A DNA stretch of 24,000 nt from Geosporobacter subterraneus DSM 17957 (GTDB lineage: Bacteria > Bacillota > Clostridia > Peptostreptococcales > Thermotaleaceae). Position numbers and translations under genes: made by a program. Position 1 is the stretch's first letter. Every line of letters begins with the position of its first letter. The notes beneath the pieces were generated by a model, which worked only from the letters and a program-made list of their open reading frames with translations, was not told the origin of the DNA and made no database searches. This document shows, one piece after another, positions 7,672-14,636 of the stretch. The stretch is from the NCBI RefSeq assembly GCF_900142145.1, contig NZ_FQZV01000042.1:1-24000 (forward strand), in the 5' to 3' direction.

Positions 7672-9783
7672 CTACATCATCTTCTGCTGATAAAATCGTC
7701 CCAGGATTAAGCTAAGATCATTAAATATCTCTTCCTTTGATCCTTCTATAATCGCTGCTGAAAAACGATCGTTTTCAATCAATCCCTTCGTGATTTCACT
7801 TAATACTTCCAAGGCGACTTTCTCTGCATCGTAAGGTGCCAGCATCACAGTTCCCGCTTGGATTTTTTGGACTTCTCCCTCTATACCGCTTATATAGATG
7901 GGATTTGCCAGTCGAAATGCAGCAAAATAAAGCTCCTTCACTACTGTCGTTCGACAATGCAATAGCATAATCTCTTTTTGCTTTAATAAGGTACTGCCTT
8001 GTTTTTCTCTATTTTTCAAATCCTCATAAAGCTTGTTTCGCTTTTCAGAACCCTCAACGAACCTATTGCTTATCTCTTCGATTAAAGAATCCACATCTGC
8101 TGCATCAACGGCTTCTAATAACTTAAAATGGTCTAGAACCTGCAGGATTCTTTGATTGCATATACTCAACATCTCAAATTTTTCTTTTAGATGCAGGCCG
8201 CTCTGCTTTGAGCTTCCTTGCTCCTTTTGTCCGGCAGAAAAGTTCCGGATAAAGGTCTCCAAGTTTTTTTGATCTTCTTGATGAAGAAGTGGATTTACCA
8301 TAATATACGGAAACTGACAATCTGGTATATGGGTGGTAGCAATAATAAAATCAATTCCAGCTTCTGTGAGATTTTCCTCGTATAGGTTAATAATCGAAAT
8401 CAAATCTACAATCTCCAAATTGCTAAACTCTTTTTCTATTCTGCTGGAAAGCAGTCTCGATGCACCGATTCCGCTTGTACAGGCGATTGCCACCCGATAC
8501 TTAATTTGACGTTCCTTTTTCTTCTGCTCTACTACAGCACCCAAATGCATTGCTATATATCCAATCTCAGACTCCGGTACCTTTATAGCTTCTTGATCTT
8601 CAATGACCCTTACACACTTTCTTGCAGTTTCAAAGAGTTTGGGATAAAAGTCCTTGATCTCCTCCAGCAGCGGATTCCGGATGTCCAGATTCAACTTGAT
8701 CCGGTTAATCGCCGGCCCCAAATGCTGTACAAGGCCCAGCAATAATTTATCATTTTCCTCCAAATAACAGCCTGTTTCCATTTCAGCAATATGCATCATC
8801 TTTTTGGCCAGGCGCACCAGTTTAAAATCCTCAGTAATAGAGCTCTCACTGTTGTTAAAAATATTTCTTCCCTTAGAGCCCTTCAAGTGCATGGTGATAT
8901 AGCCGATCTCCGCCGATGGAATCTCTACGTTAAAAACCCCCCCGATAGTACGGGCCAGTTCTTTCGCAATAGCAAATTCCTTTGTACTGCGCAGCTGCTG
9001 CAAAATAGCATCATCCATGACAATCTTTTCATTATTGCGGATACGCTGCAGTGCAATGGCCAGGTGTACGATCAAGGCTGAGTAAGCATCGTCAGCCAAT
9101 TGATATCCCAAGGGCTTTTCAATTTTCTTGATAAGCACTTCTAATTTTTCAACAATATCAGGATTAATAAAATCATAAATTGGATTTTGCGTAACAGGAT
9201 TTATGGCAGGCCTTTCAGCTGCAGCTTTATCCGCCCGTTTGCCGATTAAGTTCAATACTTGGTTTTGTCCGGCATTCTCATAGAATATATCCGTCACGGC
9301 ACGCCGTATATCCTTCTCCCTGCCTTCAATGAAAATACCTAAGCCAGGCTTACGAATCAATCTCAGATGGTATTTTCTTAACCGTTCTTCGATCTTATCC
9401 AGATCATGGCTTAAGGTTCCTTCCGTTACATGAAACATCCGAGTGAAATAATAGATTTTTGTTATTTCATTATTCATAAGCAGTTCACTCAGCATCATCG
9501 CCTGTCTCTCTTCAGGCGTAAAGCTTTTCTCTACCTTCTCGTTCTGGAGTAGTGCAATAATATTCTCCCTTGCTTTCTGTCCCTCGTTGAGTCGAATGCC
9601 CGTTCCCTTTTTCGTCTCCAGCGCATACCCTTTCGCTGCAAGCCATGTCTCAACGGCAGTCAGCTCCCGTAAAATGGTGCGGGAACTGACCTCCAATTGA
9701 TTACTGATGGTTTCAATCGTTATATATTCATTTTGTTGGCATAGAATCTGAATGATTTGTTTTGTACGGGAACTGATATTCAT
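7672..9783 (-). CDS. mtlR: MtlR-type PRD-domain transcriptional activator (HTH, PRD1, PRD2, EIIB-Gat-like, EIIA-Mtl-like; 703 aa)
   Basis: N-terminal HTH. Four PRD histidine contexts (LIVHLAIAL, ITMHLKGS, LVQHLGPA, IAMHLGAV). EIIB-like Cys (IACTSGIGASRL). C-terminal EIIA-like region (MLLHCRT). Sits between two Mtl-type EII genes. Confidence 0.85.
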   Translation of the reverse strand: MNISSRTKQIIQILCQQNEYITIETISNQLEVSSRTILRELTAVETWLAAKGYALETKKGTGIRLNEGQKARENIIALLQNEKVEKSFTPEERQAMMLSELLMNNEITKIYYFTRMFHVTEGTLSHDLDKIEERLRKYHLRLIRKPGLGIFIEGREKDIRRAVTDIFYENAGQNQVLNLIGKRADKAAAERPAINPVTQNPIYDFINPDIVEKLEVLIKKIEKPLGYQLADDAYSALIVHLAIALQRIRNNEKIVMDDAILQQLRSTKEFAIAKELARTIGGVFNVEIPSAEIGYITMHLKGSKGRNIFNNSESSITEDFKLVRLAKKMMHIAEMETGCYLEENDKLLLGLVQHLGPAINRIKLNLDIRNPLLEEIKDFYPKLFETARKCVRVIEDQEAIKVPESEIGYIAMHLGAVVEQKKKERQIKYRVAIACTSGIGASRLLSSRIEKEFSNLEIVDLISIINLYEENLTEAGIDFIIATTHIPDCQFPYIMVNPLLHQEDQKNLETFIRNFSAGQKEQGSSKQSGLHLKEKFEMLSICNQRILQVLDHFKLLEAVDAADVDSLIEEISNRFVEGSEKRNKLYEDLKNREKQGSTLLKQKEIMLLHCRTTVVKELYFAAFRLANPIYISGIEGEVQKIQAGTVMLAPYDAEKVALEVLSEITKGLIENDRFSAAIIEGSKEEIFNDLSLILGRFYQQKMM

Positions 9784-9818
9784 TAGGATCAGCTGCCTTT
9801 CAAATAATTTATCTGAAA

Positions 9819-11228
9819 TTATTTTAGCTGCTGAATAAGTTCATCATACTGTTTGCCATCAACAAAATTCTGGATAGACATATGATCTGCATGAGGTACT
9901 TTCTCTTTTGCTCTAGAAGTCAGGCTTTCATGTGTAATCACCATCTGTGCATCCTGCGGAATATCATCAATCGAAGTATTCACTACCTGGATGTTTAGCC
10001 CTGCCTTCTTCAGCTTGTTTCTCAAAGTAGTAGCTCCCATGGCACTAGAACCCATTCCGGCATCACAAGCAACGACAATTTTTTGAATCTTCGTGTTTTT
10101 CACCTTGCTTATTTCTGCATCCACATCTTTCTTTCCTTTTAATGTCTGGGTCTTTTCTTTTGCTGCAGCAAACTCTGTTTCACTCTCTTCACCGGTTCCT
10201 CTCTTAATAAAGAAGGCGGCTACAAAGAAGCTCACTGCCGCAGATACAGCTACACCCAATATCACCGGCAGAAAGCCTCCCTTTGGTGTCATGGCAAGCA
10301 GTGCAAAGATACTTCCCGGTGAAGGTGTTGCGATAAGCCCGGCACCCAATAAACTGAAAGTAAATACTCCACTGGCACCGCCGGCAATCACTGCTAAAAT
10401 CAGCAATGGATTCATCAGCACATATGGGAAATAGATTTCATGAATACCGCCTAGGAAGTGTATGATCACTGCACCTGGCGCAGATTGTTTAACCATTCCC
10501 TTGGAAAATACCCAGTAGGCCAATAATATCCCTAGGCCTGGCCCCGGATTGGTCTCTAACAGGAAGAATATAGATTTTCCTATTTCATTAGCCTGTTGAA
10601 TGCCTAAAGGCCCTAAGACCCCATGGTTGATAGCATTATTCAAAAATAGTATCTTACCTGGCTCGATAAACACAGAGGTTAAAGGCAGCAGCCCTGCATT
10701 CACAATCCCTTCTACTCCGGTCTTCAAGAAGTTATTAAGCCCCAGTACGATAGGGCCTATCCCTAAATAAGCCACCAATGTGATGATCATTCCTATGATC
10801 CCTGCTGAAAAGTTATTTACCAGCATTTCAAATCCCGCAGGCACCTTTCCGTCTACCCATTCATCGAACTTCTTGATGCAATAGCCCCCTAAAGGACCCA
10901 TGATCATAGCGCCTATGAACATAGGAATATCTACCCCTACTACGACCCCCATGGTTGCTACAGCACCAAGCATGCCGCCTCTGGTCCCTGCAACCATCTT
11001 ACCGCCGGTATAACCGATCAATAATGGCAATAAGTACAATATCATAGGTCCGACCAGCTTAGATAAATTTTCATTCGGTGTCCAGCCTGTAGGTATAAAT
11101 AATGCAGTAATCAATCCCCACGCAATAAAAGCCCCGATATTTGGCATTACCATTCCGCTTAAAAACCGTCCAAATTTCTGTACTGAACCTTTCATGTCCT
11201 TTTGTGAATAAGCTGTGGCTGTTGACAT
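9819..11228 (-). CDS. mtlA: PTS mannitol-family transporter subunit EIICB (469 aa, no EIIA domain)
   Basis: Same EIIC signatures as 5751-7646. EIIB motif VACDAGMGSSAMG. Ends after EIIB. RBS GGGAGGG upstream of the ATG. Confidence 0.9.
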   Translation of the reverse strand: MSTATAYSQKDMKGSVQKFGRFLSGMVMPNIGAFIAWGLITALFIPTGWTPNENLSKLVGPMILYLLPLLIGYTGGKMVAGTRGGMLGAVATMGVVVGVDIPMFIGAMIMGPLGGYCIKKFDEWVDGKVPAGFEMLVNNFSAGIIGMIITLVAYLGIGPIVLGLNNFLKTGVEGIVNAGLLPLTSVFIEPGKILFLNNAINHGVLGPLGIQQANEIGKSIFFLLETNPGPGLGILLAYWVFSKGMVKQSAPGAVIIHFLGGIHEIYFPYVLMNPLLILAVIAGGASGVFTFSLLGAGLIATPSPGSIFALLAMTPKGGFLPVILGVAVSAAVSFFVAAFFIKRGTGEESETEFAAAKEKTQTLKGKKDVDAEISKVKNTKIQKIVVACDAGMGSSAMGATTLRNKLKKAGLNIQVVNTSIDDIPQDAQMVITHESLTSRAKEKVPHADHMSIQNFVDGKQYDELIQQLK

Positions 11229-11300
11229 AATATCCCTCCCTCAGATTTATTCATTTTTGATCATGACATGTCATTTTAAAAATACTTAAGTATTGATTTC

Positions 11301-11369
11301 ATTATATGTTGATATTCCAAGGCCTACAAGCCAAAGATATGTAGTTGTGTCACTATACAAAAGTGACAA
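11301..11369 (-). promoter_or_regulatory. Candidate activator-dependent promoter plus inverted-repeat operator for the PTS operon
   Basis: Read on minus: ATTGTCAC-N9-GTGACACAA inverted repeat (11369-11345), then TTGTAG (11329-11324), 17-nt spacer, TATAAT (11306-11301). Confidence 0.5.
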
Positions 11370-11489
11370 TATTATGGAACCTTATTCTGACTTATTTAAG
11401 GCCCCATATCCTAGAATATTTTGTATGAATATTTAGTTTTTAATATCTTGAAACGAAAAATTGCGTTTATTGTCGAGTTTCTAAAGGGG

Positions 11490-11538
11490 CAAAAAATAAA
11501 AAGTTAGGCAGCATTCCATTAGAACACTTACCTAACTT
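11490..11538 (-). terminator. Possible intrinsic terminator downstream of the HesB-like gene
   Basis: AAGTTAGG(11501-11508)/CCTAACTT(11531-11538) 8-bp stem with a large 22-nt loop. Long T-run on minus (A-run 11491-11500 on plus). Confidence 0.45.
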
Positions 11539-11661
11539 TTATGTCTTTCGTTGAAGGAATATAATTTGCTTATGCAAATTATTTTTGCAACTTGTTCATG
11601 TGCAGCCTGTTTTTGAGGCTGAAATTCCCTCTAGCTTGATATGATTTATCCATAAAGCCTA

Positions 11662-11982
11662 TTACTGACAACTGTCTCCACAACTGTCACCGCAGCTCCT
11701 TGCACCTGTAGATATCGTAAAGCCTTTCCCCCGGGCATTATTCACGAAATCTAAACTCAGCTCCGGCACTCCTTCCAGTACTTCCTTAGCTACAATTACG
11801 CTAAAGGTACCGCAGTCCTCCACATGGTCTTCCTCTTTTAGCTCATCCAGAGCCATTCCGAAGGTTGGGCCTGCTCAACCATACCCTGTAATATACAGTC
11901 TTAAACCTTTGTTGGTCATGTCATAATTCTTTAACTGCTGTTCCAATTCCGTTTTTGCTACCTCTGAAATTTTTACGTTCAT
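11662..11982 (-). CDS. HesB/IscA-like selenoprotein (106 aa) with in-frame UGA (Sec) at 11877-11875
   Basis: ATG at 11982, 6 nt after AAGGAGG. Translation: MNVKISEVAKTELEQQLKNYDMTNKGLRLYITGYG-U-AGPTFGMALDE...GKGFTISTGARSCGDSCGDSCQ. The UGA sits where HesB/IscA proteins carry the conserved Cys (G-G-C-x-G). The frame is continuous across it (321 nt = 107 codons). The ORF track shows only the last 64 aa. Confidence 0.8.
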
Positions 11983-12153
11983 GATCATCCTCCTTCTCCC
12001 CTATACCTTATAGTATAGTTCTAGAATTTTCATTTTTATCCTCTTTTAATCCATCAGTTTTCTAGCGGTTAATATATTCACGGACTTTGTCGGTACATCT
12101 CTTGTATATAATCATGAATGTTCCCCCTCAATCCCCTCTTTTTTAGTTCAAAA

Positions 12154-12684
12154 CTACATGGATTCCGCCTTCTTGTAAATCCGCTCTATTTCTGCCTGAT
12201 CCGCAAAAGTGCATAAAACATAGGCTATGAGAATGATCCCCGGGATATCTACCAGCAGCCTTGTCAGCGCAAACTTTGCACCTAAAGCAGAGATTTCAAA
12301 AAGCAGCATGGGGATCTTGGTAGTAGACCAGGCTCCAATAAAAATCAGTACATTACTAAATTTGACTCCCTTTTTCATAAAGACTGCTGCTACGGGAAAA
12401 GCACCGTAGAGTGGCCCTGCTGCTGCAGAACCTATTAAAAATGCCAATAGAATACCCTTCAACCCCGAATCTTCCCCCATATACTTGATCATCGTCTCCT
12501 TTGGAACCCATACATCTAATAATCCCAAAAGCACGAAAATAGGCGGTATAACTAGAATCATCTCCTTTAAACTGTATCCGGTAATGCTGATGGCTTCTAT
12601 TCCCAGTTCTCTATTCCTCAGTACTAGAATTGACAGAAATAAAGCCGCTATTAAAAAGAATCTATATCGCTTTAATAACTTCAT
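12154..12684 (-). CDS. Permease subunit (COG0701-like two-component membrane permease), 176 aa
   Basis: Polytopic hydrophobic protein. ATGA start/stop overlap with the upstream permease gene indicates translational coupling. Confidence 0.65.
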   Translation of the reverse strand: MKLLKRYRFFLIAALFLSILVLRNRELGIEAISITGYSLKEMILVIPPIFVLLGLLDVWVPKETMIKYMGEDSGLKGILLAFLIGSAAAGPLYGAFPVAAVFMKKGVKFSNVLIFIGAWSTTKIPMLLFEISALGAKFALTRLLVDIPGIILIAYVLCTFADQAEIERIYKKAESM

Positions 12685-13166
12685 AGCCCCCCGACCACCT
12701 TTCCAATGACATATGCTACAGCAAAAGAAAAGAAAAAGGCCAAAACATTTCTCATGAGGGTCATCCTCTTTCCAAAATATTGGACTTCAACAGGGGCAGT
12801 GATGACGCCTACCATCATTAACGTTGATACAAATGCGCCAATCTGCATATATCCCGCTCCACTGTTTAATAATAGTGCAGCGGTAGGAAAAGCTACGAAT
12901 CCAGGAATCAAAGTGATCGCCCCAACGAGGGCAGAAAAAACCACTCCCAGCCATCCAGATTCATTTCCGATGAGCCGCGATATGAGCACTGCATCAAATA
13001 TGGCGAGCATGATTCCTACTAGGATGAGTACACCAAGCAATTGGGGCAAAATGTTTTCAAAGGATTTCCAAGCTTTTAATAAAGCCATTTTTGTTTTTTT
13101 CCGATCCTTATAGTAAGAAACCATCAAAAGCAGGATAACTAAACCGTACATCAGATATCCGTTCAT
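12681..13166 (-). CDS. Permease subunit (COG0701-like two-component membrane permease), 161 aa
   Basis: Polytopic hydrophobic protein. RBS GAGGTGGA 4 nt upstream of ATG 13166. Overlaps the next gene by ATGA. Confidence 0.65.
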   Translation of the reverse strand: MNGYLMYGLVILLLMVSYYKDRKKTKMALLKAWKSFENILPQLLGVLILVGIMLAIFDAVLISRLIGNESGWLGVVFSALVGAITLIPGFVAFPTAALLLNSGAGYMQIGAFVSTLMMVGVITAPVEVQYFGKRMTLMRNVLAFFFSFAVAYVIGKVVGGL

Positions 13167-13184
13167 TCATCCACCTCAATTCTA

Positions 13185-13406
13185 AAAAGAGACATCTATC
13201 CCAGATAGGGCCACTGAAAAAGTCCAGGTTTTGTCATTCTGAATGAAACGCAGTGAAATGAAGAATCTTTGAAGTGACTTAAATACTCAGATTCTTCGCA
13301 AGCTCCTTCGCTATCGCTCAGGACTAAAGGCTGAGAATGACAGTCCTGTGGATACAACGTATTATTTGACTTTTTCAGTGGTCTCCTCCAGATAGGTGTC
13401 TCTTTT
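13185..13406. mobile_element. Miniature inverted-repeat element nested in a terminator-like hairpin
   Basis: Perfect 14-bp terminal inverted repeats CCACTGAAAAAGTC (13211-13224) / GACTTTTTCAGTGG (13368-13381). 9-bp direct repeat CCAGATAGG at 13201-13209 and 13388-13396. Outer arms AAAAGAGACATCTATC (13185-13200) / GATAGGTGTCTCTTTT (13391-13406). The interior is itself a long imperfect palindrome with GTCATTCTGA...GAAGAATCT modules. Confidence 0.7.
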
Positions 13407-13423
13407 AATCTCTACCCTTAATG

Positions 13424-13792
13424 TTAATGACCGCAACCATGATGACTGCAGCTATTATGGACAGCAAACTCTTGAAGCTCATTATTCTTTAGACGCTCAA
13501 TATTTTGAAGTACGGTTTCATTCGTAACCCGGTAGGCTTTTACGCCTTGGTTATTCAGCTTTGTCAACGCTCCTGCGCCTATGCCCCCTACCAGAATCGC
13601 TTCCACTGCTTCTCCGCCTAAGGCTTTTAAGGGCTGGCACATGCCATGGACATGGTGCAAATCCTTATTCTCGATCACCTTATGCTCTTCCTTCTCCAAA
13701 TCATAAATCAAAAAAAATGGAGCTGAACCAAAATGGCTGTAAGCGATGCTGTCTAATCCCTTATTTTCTTCTATAGGTATACATATCTTCAT
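13424..13792 (-). CDS. NifX/NifB-like (dinitrogenase Fe-Mo cofactor family) small protein with Cys/His tail (122 aa)
   Basis: MKICIPIEENKGLDSIAYSHFGSAPFFLIYD ... ILVGGIGAGALTKL pattern of the NifB/NifX/MTH1175 family. Tail HNSCSHHGCGH. Start set to ATG 13792 (RBS AAAGGGG). The longer track ORF overlaps the ArsR gene. Confidence 0.75.
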   Translation of the reverse strand: MKICIPIEENKGLDSIAYSHFGSAPFFLIYDLEKEEHKVIENKDLHHVHGMCQPLKALGGEAVEAILVGGIGAGALTKLNNQGVKAYRVTNETVLQNIERLKNNELQEFAVHNSCSHHGCGH

Positions 13793-13794
13793 AT

Positions 13795-14178
13795 CTATTC
13801 CCCTTTCTTCTCTAAAACCCTTATTTTTTTGCAGCATTTGTTTTTCGTTACGCTGCAGGATTCGGCACATTCTTTCGGTATATGCGTGTCTAAGGGACAA
13901 CTGCCCTGCATATGGCTGTTTTTTATCTGTTCTATGAACTGTGCTGTTTCAACCAGACTAGATTCCTGCAAATCGTATTGAACAAAATATCCCACCTTTT
14001 CGCCAACAATAATTCCTGCATCTTTGAGAATTTTTATATGCTGTGATACAGCTGCCTCTGAAATACCTAAATGCTTGGCAATTCCTTTGGCGCAAATTCT
14101 TCTTCTCGAGAGAATAATGAGTATTTTTAACCTCGTTTCATCCCCTAGCGCCTTCAATAACTGAACAATCCGGTCCAT
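13795..14178 (-). CDS. ArsR/SmtB-family metalloregulator with Cys-rich C-terminal extension (127 aa)
   Basis: LKALGDETRLKILIIL...ICAKGIAKHLGISEAAVSQHIKILKDAGII winged-HTH signature. C-terminal CPLDTHIPKECAESCSVTKNKCC. Confidence 0.85.
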   Translation of the reverse strand: MDRIVQLLKALGDETRLKILIILSRRRICAKGIAKHLGISEAAVSQHIKILKDAGIIVGEKVGYFVQYDLQESSLVETAQFIEQIKNSHMQGSCPLDTHIPKECAESCSVTKNKCCKKIRVLEKKGE

Positions 14179-14196
14179 TATTCACCCCCAATCCAG

Positions 14197-14246
14197 TTAA
14201 GCGATTGCTTAATTAAAATACTATTCCTCTTTTTTCTATTTGTCAA
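14197..14246 (-). promoter_or_regulatory. ArsR-operon promoter with overlapping palindromic operator
   Basis: Read on minus: TTGACA (14246-14241), 17-nt spacer, TAGTAT (14223-14218), then the perfect 16-bp palindrome TTAAGCAATCGCTTAA (14212-14197) between the -10 and the RBS. Confidence 0.55.
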
Positions 14247-14335
14247 GGATATAATGAATCTATTGGCATAAAATTATGATAATTTCTTATAACATAAGCA
14301 GCGGATGGTTTCTGGACAAGTTATTTCGAATCAAA

Positions 14336-14356
14336 AAATAGCTGCTAGAGCTATTT
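14336..14356. terminator. Short hairpin with flanking A-run and T-run (possible bidirectional terminator or insulator)
   Basis: AAATAGCT(14336-14343)/AGCTATTT(14349-14356), 5-nt loop. A-run upstream and T-rich tract downstream. Confidence 0.35.
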
Positions 14357-14490
14357 CTTTCAATAAATCTTATCAGTTCATCTTATTTTTTTCCCCACTG
14401 TTTAAAACCTCTAAAGGGTGGTATATAATTAATAAGAAAAATCAATTGATAATCATAATCAAATCAATTTCTTTCAGAGAAGGTGATTTT

Positions 14491-14610
14491 ATGAAATTAG
14501 GTACTACGAACATCTTAACCATAACAAAGCTTAACAGTTATTTGCAATCCCATCTTTATCAGCAGAAAACATCCAATACCAATAATAATAAAATTTCTAA
14601 GAAATCATAG
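14491..14610 (+). CDS. Candidate small protein (39 aa), hydrophilic and Asn/Thr/Lys-rich
   Basis: ATG 14491 preceded by GAAGGTGA. Candidate promoter TTTAAA (14401-14406), 17 nt, TATAAT (14424-14429). Followed by a strong plus-strand terminator. No recognisable family. Confidence 0.3.
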   Translation: MKLGTTNILTITKLNSYLQSHLYQQKTSNTNNNKISKKS

Positions 14611-14636
14611 ATAACACATACCCCCCTTATTTTTGA

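Noticed and set aside
11440-11480. Catabolite-responsive element (cre) near TGAAACGAAAAATTGCGTTT
   Set aside because: The sequence does not fit the TGWAANCGNTNWCA consensus (the central CG is mis-positioned). It lies more than 200 bp upstream of the PTS promoter, and only a weak AAACG/CGTTT dyad is present.
11564-11621. Hairpins ATAATTTGC-TTAT-GCAAATTAT and CAGCCT-N7-AGGCTG as terminators of the HesB-like gene
   Set aside because: On the minus strand neither is followed by a T-run. The first is almost pure AT. They may be structural or binding sites, but terminator function is unsupported.
14305-14610. The 101-aa ORF taken as a whole
   Set aside because: The first 62 codons have no RBS and span a hairpin (14336-14356) and a candidate promoter. 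Only the last 39 codons, from ATG 14491, have expression signals.
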